This document shows, piece by piece, positions 47,601 through 62,241 of a stretch of DNA of 64,000 nucleotides. Made by a program: the position numbers and the translations under genes. This DNA comes from Lytechinus pictus (Eukaryota): positions 19,034,001-19,098,000 of the forward strand of contig NC_087246.1 of NCBI RefSeq assembly GCF_037042905.1, written 5' to 3'. The stretch's first letter is position 1. Each line of letters begins with the position of its first letter. The notes beneath the pieces were generated by a model. The model saw only the letters and a list, made by a program, of their open reading frames with translations, did not search any database and was not told where the DNA came from.

Positions 47601-50600
47601 GTAAGTATGCTAACCCTCTCAAGATGCTTTGGAATGTCATAATTTACCAAAAATAACCAATGGGTATCATATTTTTTCATTTTTTTGTTTTTATTTTGAT
47701 TCAAAAAGTGAACAAATGAAAAGGGAACACTGAACATAGTAGTAGTAACTATTGTTATAACTAATCAAATCCCAAGTAAGATTTCTTCTAAAGCATATCA
47801 AATTCTTTTGAAGATAACTTTCTATCAACTTCAGTGAAGGTGCATGGTAGTCCATCTGAAATTAATATCAAGTGATACTATGTTGTATTTTATGTAAAAC
47901 GCACCTTCAAGGAAAATATCATATCAAAGATAACATGATACTTCCTGGACGATCAACAAGCAATTTGATTTTATGGGACCTGAGAGGAATCGATGATGCT
48001 TTCTTTGTTCTTTTTTCAGTCTATGGTTGGGGTTGCTGGAGGAGCAACAAGAGCTGCACTCACCATGCATCAAGCTCGGAGAAACAACATGGCTGACGTA
48101 TCGGCTAAAGATGGTTCTCAGGTAAACATTTTGTTCTCGTAGAAGACACCATATCACAACCACTTTCAACAGCATCAGCCTCTTAAAGGTCTAAGCTACT
48201 CATATAGCTCCTGGATGTAGTTTTATTGTACAGTATATGCTTACTATAATGATACATAATTTTTTGCTTTCCTTTAGAACATTCATACAATGTTTGCCAA
48301 GTACCAAAATGTTAATGGAATTGCTCTTAACATTCGGTTTCTCAATGAAGATGGAAGGACCATCATACTTTTTAAAATCAAAATTCATGATCGGGTTGTT
48401 TCATGAAAAGGTATATTTATGTACCTAGACTATCAATAATGCACATGGGAATATAACACTGTGATATACATGTAGGTCATTGGTGTTTAGTAGCTCTTTA
48501 ATCAGTGATAACCAGGACTTAAGTGAAATATCCTATTTGTTACAGTGTAATGATTATTTAAAAATATTTTTCCGCCAAGCTTGTCTTAGTAAGTTAAAGT
48601 TGGAGACATCTTTAATGTTATAAGTAACTTGTCGTTTGCTAAAATGTCATATGAGTGAATGGCTGTATAATTCCATTTTAAATTTAAGCCAAACATTTGT
48701 AACTTTAGCTTATTACTCATGCAGCTTTCTAATGATGCTCAAAGTTTTCAAATCTATCAAGTGTGAAAATGCTAATGATCTACTGATTCATATTGCATTT
48801 TCATTCATATTATTTCTTTCTGATTCGTCTCAGGAAACGGTGGTGAATTTAGCAGCTCTTTTTGTAGGTCTCATCATCACTCCAATGGCATCTAAAAACA
48901 TCCTGTGAGTCCATTTCCTGTAGAATTTAGCATATACTACTGCGGCACGCCATAATTGAAACAATGGTCAGTGGTGGATCCAAGATTTCATCAAGGGGAG
49001 GGGATAGGGCGGTTGTTAAAGATAAATTCCAGTTGTGGGAACGATCTCAAAATGACTTTTTACAGAATTTAATATAATGATCACCAAAGTGTCTGTTTGT
49101 ATGAATAAAAAATATGTGCCAAAGGATTCTGGAAGAAATTGTGTAATTGCTGAGAAATGAGCAAAATAAGCGCGGATTCGGTCACTTCCGTCGGGTCTTT
49201 ATTCCAGCAATAATAATACACTGTCCCACGTGTGCCTATCTGTGTTGGCGATCTTCAGTGTGATCGTTTTTTAGCTAGATATTATGATTTCACAAAGTTC
49301 AGTTTATGTAACTGTACCAGATCTAGATCCACGATGATATATCAATACTTTACCTTGGTTTTACAGACTTTCTCACGAAATCAGTGTTTTACTGCAACTA
49401 CGTTCATTTAGCTTTAACAAAAAGTTAGTTGATATCTTCAGAATCTTCTGATACACCCCCTAAACAGATTGAATTACTTACATGGGAGGGGGTTGAATAA
49501 GAAAGGGAGACACAATTTAAAATTTGGGCAATTAGGAGGAATGTGACATATTTCCCATGTTAACTCGCAACACAGGCTCCTGGATGGGCAATTGTTTGCC
49601 CCTTATCATATTTGTTATCAAGAGTTGTTGTACACCACTTTTTACCCATTTCTGAATGGGAGCATGAAAAAGAGAATGTAATCTGTTGATTCCTGATTTC
49701 TTTAGTTCTCACAAGATTTGTACATAGACATTCCGGTTCAAGAATTAAAGGAAAGGGCCAACACTGGACTTATTCGAGGGATGAGTGATTGAACAACCTC
49801 TGCTAGTGGTATTGTTGCTTTAAGATATTGAATATGAAAAATATAACTTGGGGTCAATATTGTTTTCAGTTAGAAGAGCAGATAGATAGATGGATGCAGT
49901 TTTTACATTTTTCATCAAATTTAAAGGGCAAGTCCACCCCAGTGTGTGCATTGCCATATAATGAAGACTTAAGTTTTTTTCTGAGATTTCTTTTGTCATT
50001 AAGTTTTATGCATGTTTTAGAAGAAATATGGAAGTTGATGTATTTAGAACAGCATAGAATACTGATTATGGGTTAATGTGAATTAATGTGAATATAGTGT
50101 CACTGTCTAGAGGTCTAATTGTTTTATTGTTTTCAGACTGACATGGACACTTTTCTTTCTCTGTACCTGTCTCCATCTCTATGCCAATTACCGGGCAGTG
50201 ACCTGCGTTGTCATGGAAACCTTGAACCAGTCAAGGTTCCACATCCTAGTTCAGGATTACCTCCACAGCTCTAATGTCAGTATGTGTGGACCTGATGCAG
50301 TTAATAAGAAGGAACCTGTTATATGGAGTAAGTCTAACCTCATTTTTTTGGTTGATTAAGGTGTTGCTATTCTCTCAGTAGTCTGCTTATCCCAAGCAGC
50401 TCAAATCCAAGGCCATACAAGTGTAGGGTGGCATTGGGCTGGCACATTGGGCATGGTATCCCTATATACAGAGAATAAGCATAACATGTTCACTCCTGGC
50501 TTGCCTGTATAAATCTGCCCCGAGCTATCATATTAAACCTCAGGGGTTTATTTTGCATATACATGTCTACGTACTTGGTTTAAATAACAAACAGAAATAG

Positions 50601-53087
50601 TGAATATTCAAATAGCACATATAACCAATAAAAGAAATATATTGATATGCATAGAACATGAATAGCTGCTACTGAATATTAATGAACTAAGTCTGTTGGA
50701 AGAACCAATCAGAGAATAAGAATGTAACTTCTGTAAAGTATGTGTGAACATGAACATGAACAATAGACAAGGATCGTAGAAAAGATAGAATTTTGATTAC
50801 TAACATAAGAGAGAGGATGATCAAGAATAGTGCATATCTATAGATAGCTATTTCAGAACCCTGTTCACATTACAGCTCTACACAAGCATGACATTGGATG
50901 TAGTATATTGATCAGCTTCAATATCCCTTTCTCTGGCATTGGATTTTTTAAAATTTGTTCTGTGATATAAAAAATTTACCCTCTTAAAAAGTTGCATTGC
51001 CCTGAAAATATTGATAGCTCAGGCCTGATATTATTGGGGGTGATTATTCATGTATGTCTTTAAAGTGCTTAATGTTCCAATGTGTCAATAGATATATAAA
51101 AAGGGGTATTATTATTAAAAACTTTGTTCTGAATTCTTGCACACGACTGGTCATAATAAGTTTTAAATTATATTGCAACCTTTGTTGTTTTTTTCAATAC
51201 AGGACTTACAAGACCTCTAAAGCTTAACCTAGGTGTACCATTCAACAGAGTAGCCAAAAGGTAATTTCACTAATTCATTTTACTTCAATTTAATCAATTT
51301 GAAAAAGGTGATACCTAGCCCCATGTGTTATTCAAAGCTACCTATATTAATTTGAAACAGCCAATAGTTATGGTATGTGATATATATTTTTTTTTGCCCA
51401 GTGTTTCCTTGACATTTAAAACATTTTGATACATTGTTTAGGTTCTTTTATTTTTATTTTTGTGTTTATTTGTCAGCATGAGAGATCTTGAGATGTGTTT
51501 ACAAAGCAACGGACAGGAAAGGTATCTATTAAGTTTGGACATGAAAAAAGGTGAGTACTTTGTTGAGCTGTCTTATCATTTTGAAATGTCGCACAAGCGT
51601 TCTGCCTCAACATGAATGAAATTGATCTGATAGCAATTTCCATGAAATCTTTGATTTTGGTTCACCGTTATAGATAGTAAATTTAAGAGGAAAATAACTT
51701 TTTATATGCCCATCCCAGACGGGACGTATTATGGTATCACGCTTGGTGTCCGTCCGTCTGTTAACTCTTCCTTGTAAATGCGATAACTTCAGTTTGACTT
51801 AACCTAGGCTCATATAATTTGGTGTGTATGATACTAGCATGGATCCCAGGAAGCCTATTGATTTTGAGGTCAAAAAGTCAAAGGTCAAGGTCACAATGAC
51901 ATTTTCATCTTACCCTTCTGCAGTCCTTGTAAACGCGATAACTTCAGTTGAACTTAACCTAGGCTCATATAATTTGGCGTGTATGATTATAGCATAGATC
52001 CCAGCAATTCTATTGATTTTGAGGTCAGAAGGTCAAAGGTGTAGTCGCCACCTTCCACTTTTCTTGCTTGACCAATAACTCCATTTTCCATGTTACAGGC
52101 GAGCATATTTTGTGCTCGCCTTAGCGACACTCTTGTTTGCAATTGAGCTCTAGTCTAAAAGTGCTTTAGTGATTATACAGCAATGAGGAAATTGATTGAT
52201 CTTTTTGAAATCACAGAATTAACGTGCTTAGCATTTTTACTATGTTATAATAATGTTGCCTCGACATGCTTTAACAATATCTTGGTATAAAATTGGCTTA
52301 CAGAGTACACTGACCAGTGTGTAATTGGATAATCATTTACTTTTGCTTTATTCATTGCCTACAGAACCTTCATGAGCTTTGACTTTCATATGCACTTGTT
52401 TTACTGACTGAGTTAACTCCCTTTGCACACATTGTTAATTAGATTCCTTTGCTAATTGCCTTCTCTTGTGTGCCTCTTATTTTCTTTATGTAAAAACAGC
52501 AAATCATTATACAAAAATACAAATTAATACAATTCAAAATGCATTTGATACTACAAAATAATTCAAGATTGTGATCCATCCAGAGGCGTCGAGCATGGGG
52601 GGGCAGGGGGGGCAACCGCCCCACCAATGAAAATATTGGGGGGGCAAACATATCGTTTTGCCCCCCCAATAATTCCGCATGTGCAAAAAATAAAATAAGA
52701 TTGTAATGTTACACATAAATCAGCAAGCGAGATTGAGATACACAACTCGTTCTTCATCTAAAATCGTGCTCAAAATGTCCAGTTTTCAGATTAGAATATA
52801 AAAAAAATTCAGCTTGCGCTTCGCGCTCGCATCATTTCTGTAGCAAAAACCCATACTTTTCATGATGGAATAGGTGAATAGAATGTCCCGTTTTCAGTTC
52901 TATACCTCAAAAGAACTCCCACTTCGATTTGCAATAATCTTTTGTTGGATATATTTATTGTTCTTTATTAAAAACGTCAATTAAACTCTTTTTTTTTTAA
53001 AGATCAAAATATCAAAATTTTCAGCTCGCGCTTCGCGCTCGCATCTATTATTTTTTAATTTTTTTTAAAATTTAATTTGTTGGTGAG

Positions 53088-53125
<38 letters not shown>

Positions 53126-54773
53126 TTGTTAAGTTGAGGATGGAGAAGTAGAGACTCAACCTTCACTCGCAGATCTGCATGCAAGCATACTAGATTTTAA
53201 GAATTCTGTATCATCTAAATTGGACCAAATTGCTGCAGATATTTCCTCTATGAACAAGAGGTTTAACGACCTCAAAGAGAACGTGGACTTCAACTCTGAA
53301 CGAATCTTGGACATCGAAAAGCAAAAATTGCCTGTATTGGAAGACTCACTTCAACACAAAATTAAGTTCTTAGAACAAAAAATCATACTTCTTGAAATCC
53401 ATAATAGGAAGTCAAATTTACTTTTTTACGGACTTCAATCTACAGACGGGGAAAATGTCTACCAAGTGCTCAGAAAGGTGTTTGTCTCTCTTGGGATAGA
53501 GGAAGAGATAGCAACGCTCATAGCGATAGCTAACGCCCATCGTCTTCCAATACGGGAATCCGAAGGCCAAGCCGCCGGCGCCCAAGCACCCCCTCCGATT
53601 ATTGCAAGATTTTGCTACATGCATGATAGAAATAAGATCTTAACGGCTTTCGAAGATCAACAGAGGAAGCGTGCGAGGAGCTCCGGTGAAACCAGTCATG
53701 CTCTCACTCGAATTACAGTGCGAACCGATTTGCCGCCAGCAATGAAAATCTGCAGGTCGATCCTCGCGAATGAAGCATACAAGTTAAGGAAGGAAAAGGG
53801 AGTTTCTACAAGGATCTTTCAGAAAGGTACCGAGCTTCACCTGTTATGGAAGGAAAAGGGCACAAACAAGTGGAATAATCATGATAAGTAAGATTTAAAG
53901 TTATAGAATGGTGTGTTTCCTGTGTTTAGACTAATTACCTACTATATATATTTGATTTGATGAAGACATGAGTGTTAATACTGTAGGGAAGGGGAAGTAG
54001 CGGTATATACAGGAAATATAATTAAGGGGACCATGAACAACCTGGGATGGAAGAGAAAATGTGAAGGCAAGTGGATCATGAGTCAAATATTAGAAGTTCA
54101 AAGTTCAGGTCCTGCTTCAGCTATTTAATAATGATATTCTTAAAATTGATAACCAAAAAAGGTTGTTTATTTGTTTGTCTTAATCTGATAAAAGCCATGA
54201 TGTCATACGAGACCTTGCAGGGCCTTGTATTTCTGATTTATTATTTATATAAAAAAAAAAGGACAGTAGTAAATGCAAATGTCCTTTTGTTAGCCTGTAA
54301 TAATATTTACACAGTTTATTTTTGTTGACTAAAAGAAGAAAAATCACTATAAGGAGTAGACATGAATTGGATTAGCATGGTTTACATGTAAATAATAATT
54401 AAAAAAAGAACCGAAGACTGAATTATAAGTTAGAAACTTTAAACAGATATGAGGTTAGCAGGTATAGAAGAATATATGACTTCTAATCCATTTACATTAT
54501 GGAGGAATGCGTAAACTGTTTGTTTTTTTGGTTTTTTTTAAAGATTATTTATTATGTTTTACCACTATAGGGGAAAGGAAAAAAAAACCTGTAGTAAAAG
54601 GTACAGGGCTTTGTTTCAGAGTTGAAAAACACTGTCTGGTTTGTATTTTCAAAAAGAAGGAAAACAAAACCCTCAAAACAAACAGAAGAATGAACGAAGA
54701 ATTCACCAATGAAAGTGAAATGGAATTTTTAAGCTTTTGATGGTAAAGACAAGATTAATAAGAACATTAACCC

Positions 54774-54814
<41 letters not shown>

Positions 54815-57800
54815 CTCTTTTTTTTTCCTCTTTCCCCTGTGGTCACGAATTTCTGCTGAAGAAACAAAGATGAAAAAGATAATTATCAATGAGTTTAGTA
54901 AGTGCAGTTGCTGTTTTCATGTTTGTTTCTAACTATTTTGATTTTTTTTTTTTTTAAGCATTTAATCGCTTTTGCGTTGTTCCCTCAACTTTACAATGTT
55001 TGAATTAAAAAATACCAAAACTCGAAAATGGATTTGATTGTGATTGGAATCCTTTAATTATTGTCTAACTCGGAGGTTTCAAGTGCCCCTGTAGGATAAC
55101 AATTTCAGTTGCCTTGGAACAAATGTGAAGATAGGGATGAATAATAATGGCATTCCGATCACATTTCGGCAGTAATAGTTGGGTCGTGGGGCCACATTTT
55201 TTTTCCTGTTTAGTAGTTTGGCTCTACTTTGATTCATGAAATCTTGAACGGGCTAGGTCAGATTTGCATCACTGGGTTATTTCGGTGCCTATTGTAGGCA
55301 ATACACCAAGCAATACTAGGTAACAGGATCTCATTTTATTTCTCTTTTCGTGAATGGAATTGATGTGGCGAGCTTAGATCATGTAAATTGCATATACAAA
55401 AAAAAGGGAGAAGAATGTGATCCAAATGATATACCTATTATTGTACACTACAGTTTATGTACTGTTACAAAAATGTATAAGGGTGATTTTTCATTGCATT
55501 CAAATACGAAGTAAGTAAATGTTGGGCATTGTCATTCAGATTTGATTAGAGTAAATAGGTCTTTAGTCCTCATTAGCAAGAAAAAAAAAAGGACTGGAAT
55601 GTTGATATTATTGAATAACAGGTATATGCTTAGAGCAGTAACAAGAAATCATTCCTTCATTATTTATTCATTTCCTTTATTGTGTATGGAATGTAATTGC
55701 TTTTTACGTGCAAAGTGCAGGTGTAGTTAACCATTCACGTGTTTAGGTCTTTCAAGCTTTTTATATCTTTTTGCCCTGATTAGGGCTCTGATGCATAACT
55801 CCGGCAAGGCAAGGCTATCAGTCTTTGGAAAATATTTGTGGAAAAAAAAGGAATGCGATTTGATTAGTAATGTGTCTTAATCAAACTAAATAATACGAGG
55901 TTTCAGCTTTACAGCTTGCTTACTCTTTATTTTTGGAGCATGGAATTGATAATGGAATTTATCAGGACAGGATCCCCCCTTAATTTTTTTTTGGGGGATG
56001 TTTTGTATTCAATTATTTTTGTCATCGCAGTGGTTTTTTTTTTTTTTTTTTTTTAATGGAAGGTTTATGAATTGGTACCACAATGGCAAATAAAAATATA
56101 ATGCGCTTTATTTTCAGTGCTAGTTTTTAGTTGTGGTAAAACTGGAATTGAAGAGGAAGTGGTAAACCAGACGGGTGCAGTGTTTATCAGTCTATTCCTC
56201 AATTGCAGGAGGATCCACCCTATTCACGCATTATTTGGTTCCTATAGAATTTAATGTTGGAAATAGACTTGAGTTCTTTGGATATAATATGTTTGGGTTA
56301 TTAACTTGGTGTTGGCATATTAGCTATGCATGACCGCCAAGTTAATGGCATGGGAAAGTGTGGTTGGGTGACTGGCGAATTGTTGCTTTGGATATGTTGG
56401 ATGTTGAATGAATTTGATTAGAGTAAATAGGTCTTTAGTCCTCATTAGCAAGAAAAAAAAAGGACTGGAATGTTGATATTATTGAATAACAGGTATATGC
56501 TTAGAGCAGTAACAAGAAATCATTCCTTCATTATTTATTCATTTCCTTTATTGTGTATGGAATGTAATTGCTTTTTACGTGCAAAGTGCAGGTGTAGTTA
56601 ACCATTCACGTGTTTAGGTCTTTCAAGCTTTTTATATCTTTTTGCCCTGATTAGGGCTCTGATGCATAACTCCGGCAAGGCAAGGCTATCAGTCTTTGGA
56701 AAATATTTATGGAAAAAAAAAAGAATGCGATTTGATTAGTTATGCGTCTTAATCAAACTAAAAAATACGAGGTTTCAGCTTTACAGCTTGCTTACTCTTT
56801 ACTTTCGGAGCATGGAATTGATAATGGAATTTATTAGGACAAGCTCCCCCTCTATTTTTTTTTTTTTTTTTTTTTTTGGGGGGGGGGGGTTGTTTTGTTT
56901 TCAATCATTTTTGCCACCGCAGTGGTTTTTGACAAGGAAGGTTTATGAATTGGTATTATTATAATACACTCACTTTAAAGATATAGATGTAAAGTTGTAG
57001 GGAAATGGTGCATGATTTTCGTTGTTTGATTATCCTTACATCAATGATGTAAGAGATGTTCTAGCTAGTTGCAGCTAGACGGATAGCTAGCTGTATAGCC
57101 TTTTTCATTTTAGTATGAAGATGAATAATTTAGTAGATCGTTCTCTTTTATGTCATGTTTGCATCTGAGTAAAACCAAGAAGAGATTTCTTTGAAAAAAT
57201 CCAAACCCCCACTTTTTTATGCTTGAGCTATAGTACATGAAGTAAAGATGAGAATATTCATTCTGAAACAAATTTAGGCACATCGGAAAAGTCTCATTGC
57301 AGTTGGTTTTATGGGGGGGGGGGGTAATTTAGAAAGTAATGGAAAGGTATTTTCTTTTCTACGGTAAACCAGACAGGTGCAGTGTTAAACAATCAATTCC
57401 TTGATTTGCAGAAGGATTCATCCTATTCACGCATTATTTGGTTCCTATAGAATTTAATGTTGGAAATAGACGGGAGTTTCTTTGGATATAATATGTTTGG
57501 GTTAGGCTTAACTTGGTGTTGGCATATTAGATATGCATGACCTCCACGTTAATGGCATGGGGAAGTGTGGTTGGATGACTGGCGAATTATTGTGTTGGAT
57601 ATGTTGGATGTTGAATGAATGGGGGTGTTTGGAGTGTGATACTATGAGAGGGCGTGGTTGTATTGTGTTTTGTGTTGCCTGTTTGCATTTCATGGGTAGT
57701 CTTTCATGTCTTTCATTCATTCAGGTTCTGTTGTATTTTTCGGATTGGGTAAAAGTGTATGGATAGAAGGTTATATCTTACTTTACTCACTTTAAATGTC

Positions 57801-60800
57801 AGAGGTCTAAGAGACAAGGCTAAAAGAAAAAACATTTTTGAATTTTGCAAAAATAAAGGGAGTAATATTGTGTTTTTACAGGAAACCTATAGTACGGAAG
57901 AGGTTGAAGAGAAGTGGAAATTAGAGTGGAATGGGCCTATATTGTTTAGTCATGGAACGAACCATAGTAGAGGTGTTTCAGTTCTCATTTCTCCAAATTT
58001 AAATATAAAAATGGATAATGTTATTTTTGATGAAAATAGAAGATACGTCGTTATGAAGTTTGAATTTCAACAATCTAAAATAATTTTAGTTAATTGTTAT
58101 TTCCCCACAAGAGATAAGGAGAAGATGCAAATTGAATTTTTAGAGGAACTAGATAAATGTATTTCAAAGCTTTACAGCTCTGAAGAAATGATAATTATTG
58201 GGGGAGATTTTAATACAATAATGAATGGAGATTTGGATTATTTAGGTCCAAGAATCTTTTATAAAAACAGATTTAACAAGAAATTTGATGGATTTTTAGA
58301 TAGATTCGGTTTAGAAGATATATGGAGGAGGATGAATCCTGAAAAGAAACAATTTACATTCAGGCAAAAATGTCCTATTATGCAAAGTCGATTGGATTAT
58401 TGGTTCGGGTCCTCTGCTTTTCAGCATTTAGTTAATGGTTGTGATATTGTAACATCAATCACGCCAGATCATTCGGGCGTTCTGCTTCAATTAACAAGCA
58501 GTGTAGACAAGCCACACTTAGGCAATTCATATTGGAAGTTCAACAATAGTCTGTGCGCAGATCAGGAATTCGTGAATTTATTCAAAGATAAAATAGTTGA
58601 ATTAAAAAAAGAATGGCTCCCGAAAATAGAAGATAAATTATTGTTGTGGGATTTTTTAAAAATGAAAATGAGGGAGATTATTAATAAGTACACAAAGAAA
58701 AAAGCAAAGCTTAGGAAACATGAAATTGAAAAATTAGAGGAAGATATAAGAAGTTTGGAAATCCACCTATCGACTCAGCCTTCGAGGAAAATACTTGATG
58801 AAATGGAGGAGAAAAAGTCTAAATTGAACAGATTGTTTGATTATAGCCGACAAGGTGTAAAAATCCGATCAAGAGCTTTTTGGTTTGAGGAAGGAGAACA
58901 AAAAACACAATATTTTGAACAGTTATTAAAATCAAACAAACGGAAAAGTGTAATAACAGAAATATATGATCAAGGTGAACAGACTATAAAAGATAGGAGT
59001 GAAATATTGAAGAAGATAAAGTCATTTTACGAAAAATTATATTCATTGAATGAAGTGATTGTAAATGAAAACTCTTTTTTCCTGAAGGATATTCCTAAAT
59101 TATCCAAAGAGAGTCGAGATATTTGTGAAGGGAAAATTACTATTCAGGATTGTTTAAGTGTTTTGAAAGAAATGAAATTTAATAAAACCCCTGGAAACGA
59201 CGGTTTTACTGTTGAATTTTATTACACCTTTTTGAATTTATTGGGGGGATTTTTGGTGGAAGTGTTAAATGAAGTGTATAATAGGGGATTATTAGCAACT
59301 TCACAAAGGCAGGGAGTGATTACACTATTAGAAAAGGAAGGCAAAAACCCTTTATACATTCAAAACTATAGACCAATCACGCTTTTAAATGTTGATTACA
59401 AGATCTTATCAAAGGTACTAGCAAAAAGATTGAAAAAGGTTCTGAATGAGATAATTCATATTGATCAAATAGGGTATGTTGAAAATAGGAACATTGGAGA
59501 TGGTGTGAGATTAATCGATGATATTTTATTTCAGTCCTCTTTTGGAAATATTGGATATTTGATTACGGTGGACTTTGAAAAGGCTTTTGATTCTGTTTCC
59601 CATGATTTTCTTTTTCAGACTCTTAAATTATTTGGATTTGGCCAGTCTTTCTGTTCTTGGGTTCGTGTTTTATATACAGATATAACTAGTTGTATTATGA
59701 ATGGAGGTTATTCCACTGGTTATTTTGATATAAAACGAGGGGTAAGACAGGGGGACCCCATTTCTCCTTATCTGTTTTTGCTCTGTATAGAAACACTAGC
59801 TTTGGCAATAAGAAGAGACGCTCTAGTTGAAGGAATTCAGTTTGGATCTCATGAAATTAAGCAAATATTGTATGCCGATGATATCACTCTGTTTGTTAAA
59901 AATAGCAATTCTGTTAAACGGCTTAAATATCTTTTGGAAGAATTCGAAAAAGTGAGCGGTCTGAAGATAAACAAAGGGAAAACAAACTTTTTTTGGATGG
60001 GAAAAGATCAAGACAGACCTCAAACTCCGCTATTTGGAAATTTGGTTCAGCAAATTAAAATCTTAGGCGTTTATTTCTCTCTAAATGTAATAATAAAAGA
60101 AGATCTAAACTTCAAAGAGATACTAAGCAAAATAAAAAGACTTTTGGGATGGTGGAAACAAAGGGATCTAACCCTTATGGGTAAAATACAATTGTTGAAA
60201 AGTTATGCATTATCAAAATTAAATTACGTCTCGTCACTTTTAGTTGTTCCTAAGTGGTTGTTCGTTGAGGTGGAACGGATCACTTTTGAGTTTTTATGGT
60301 CAGGTAAAGACCGTATAAAGAGAAACATTATGTATCAGGATTACTCACACGGTGGGTTAAGAATGATGAATTTTAAGTTGTTCATAAAGGCCCAACGTCT
60401 AATGTGGCTGAAACGTCTATTATACGGGGAACGCAATGCTGGGTGGAAATTGTATTTTGATTTCTGTTTTAGATCACTCGGTGGGAGACTGTTATTTCTT
60501 TGCGATTTTGATATTTGCAAATTAACACAGACAATGCCACAATTTTATTCTGAAATGCTGAAGGCTTGGCAAGATATGAGAAAATATAGATATACAAAAG
60601 AGGAAGTAAACCCGATTATATTTAATAATAAGAATGTATGTGTAAGAGGTAAAATGATTTTTGATATTGATCTTTATAATAAGGGAATATACACTGTAGA
60701 TCATATTTTTGATAACGGGGTTGTGAGACCTGTGGCTTATTTTCAAAATCTTGGGGTAACCGCAGATGAACTGCTCCACATTATTGATATAGTACATGCT

Positions 60801-62209
60801 ATTCCAATTACTTGGAAAAATGCCTATAGCTCTATTAAATTTATAAAGATTGACGATGAGAACTTCAATGTTAATTTGAATATCAGTAAGCTGGAAACTA
60901 CTTTTGAGGTGATTAAATTAAAAATGATTTATAGTTGTTTTGTTGAAACTTTACGGGAAACTTATAATTTAACATTGAAAGATAAAAACATTAATTTGAA
61001 TTTTACGGATGTTGAAATGTGTAATAGGCTTGCCCAAACCAGGAGCATAACTTTGATTAGGAAACAAAGAGAATTCCAGTTCTTACTTTTACACGGGGCG
61101 ATTTATACCAAAGAACAGTTATTGAGATTTGGGTATGTTAAAGACAGTTTATGCTCTTTTTGTGGCAGAGAAACCGAATCATACATTCATATTTTTCTAA
61201 ATTGTCCCAAGGTAAAACCTTTATGGGAATTTTTCATTAAATATTTCTGTATGTCTGAATTAAGAGATTTAGAATGGAGAGATATACATTTGGGATTATC
61301 TGGAAGTACGAATAGAAATAATTGTGTAAACTGTATAATCTTTTTCATCAAATATGCCATTTTCCAATCCAGAACTAATGGTCAGGTTCCTTCCTGCCAT
61401 AAAATACAAAAATATATTGCGGAACGTAGGGAGGAAGAAAAATGCTTAGCTATAAAATCGGGCAAATTGAGTTTGCATGTAAAGAAATGGGAAGAACTGA
61501 AGGTGAATGAGGCAGTGAATGCAAACAGGTGTGAAGCGTCTGCTGGTGCTGTGAGTATGTAATGGTATGTCCGCGTGTGAATGCGAGTGTGCAATGGTAT
61601 ATGTCCGCGTGTGAATGTGAGTGCTTGCTGCCAGGGATGGGGGGGGGGGGGGGGGTTTCCTATCTCCATGGTTAGCAAAATGTTTGAGTAGATCCAAAAA
61701 GAAAGAATATTTTGTTTGGGGTGAGGAAAAGGTTTTGTTTGTTTTATTTTGTTGATGTTGTGTTTTGTTTTGTTTTCGTGTGTGCTTTATATACAAAATC
61801 TTTATTCAGATTATTGTATACTTTCTAAGAATAAACATAGAGACTTTTTTTTTTCTGTATTGTCTTACAAAAGTTGGAGGAATGAATATACATGTATAAG
61901 TACTTTTTTTTTATTATGGGATAACCTCTTCACTTAAAAAAAGTCTGTACTTTTGATTTTTCATCATACAATACGGTATTATTATACAGTAAATACATGT
62001 GAAATTACGAGGTTTTTGTTATTGGTATTATGGGTTATATCTGTTCGAAAAATTTATATCAAGATGTATATTATTTCATATGTTATATTGCTGTATAAGT
62101 GTACTTCACTTTAATTTGCATACATGTATTTGATTTATTACCCTTGTACATGAAAAATGTAATAGTATCTGAATAAAGGCTAAAAAAGCAAGAGAAAAAA
62201 AAAAAAAAG

Positions 62210-62241
<32 letters not shown>

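Larger units (their letters stand above)
53126..62208 (+). mobile_element. L1-group (Tx1-like) non-LTR retrotransposon, 5'-truncated, ~9.1 kb
   Basis: ORF1 and ORF2 on the same strand; AATAAA at 62172; A-tail 62195-62208; candidate TSD GTATAT at 53120-53125 and 62209-62214. Confidence 0.9.

Noticed and set aside
53892-57758. A third ORF in the LINE spacer
   Set aside because: Only short low-complexity ORFs (85 aa or less) on either strand, with no recognisable motif.
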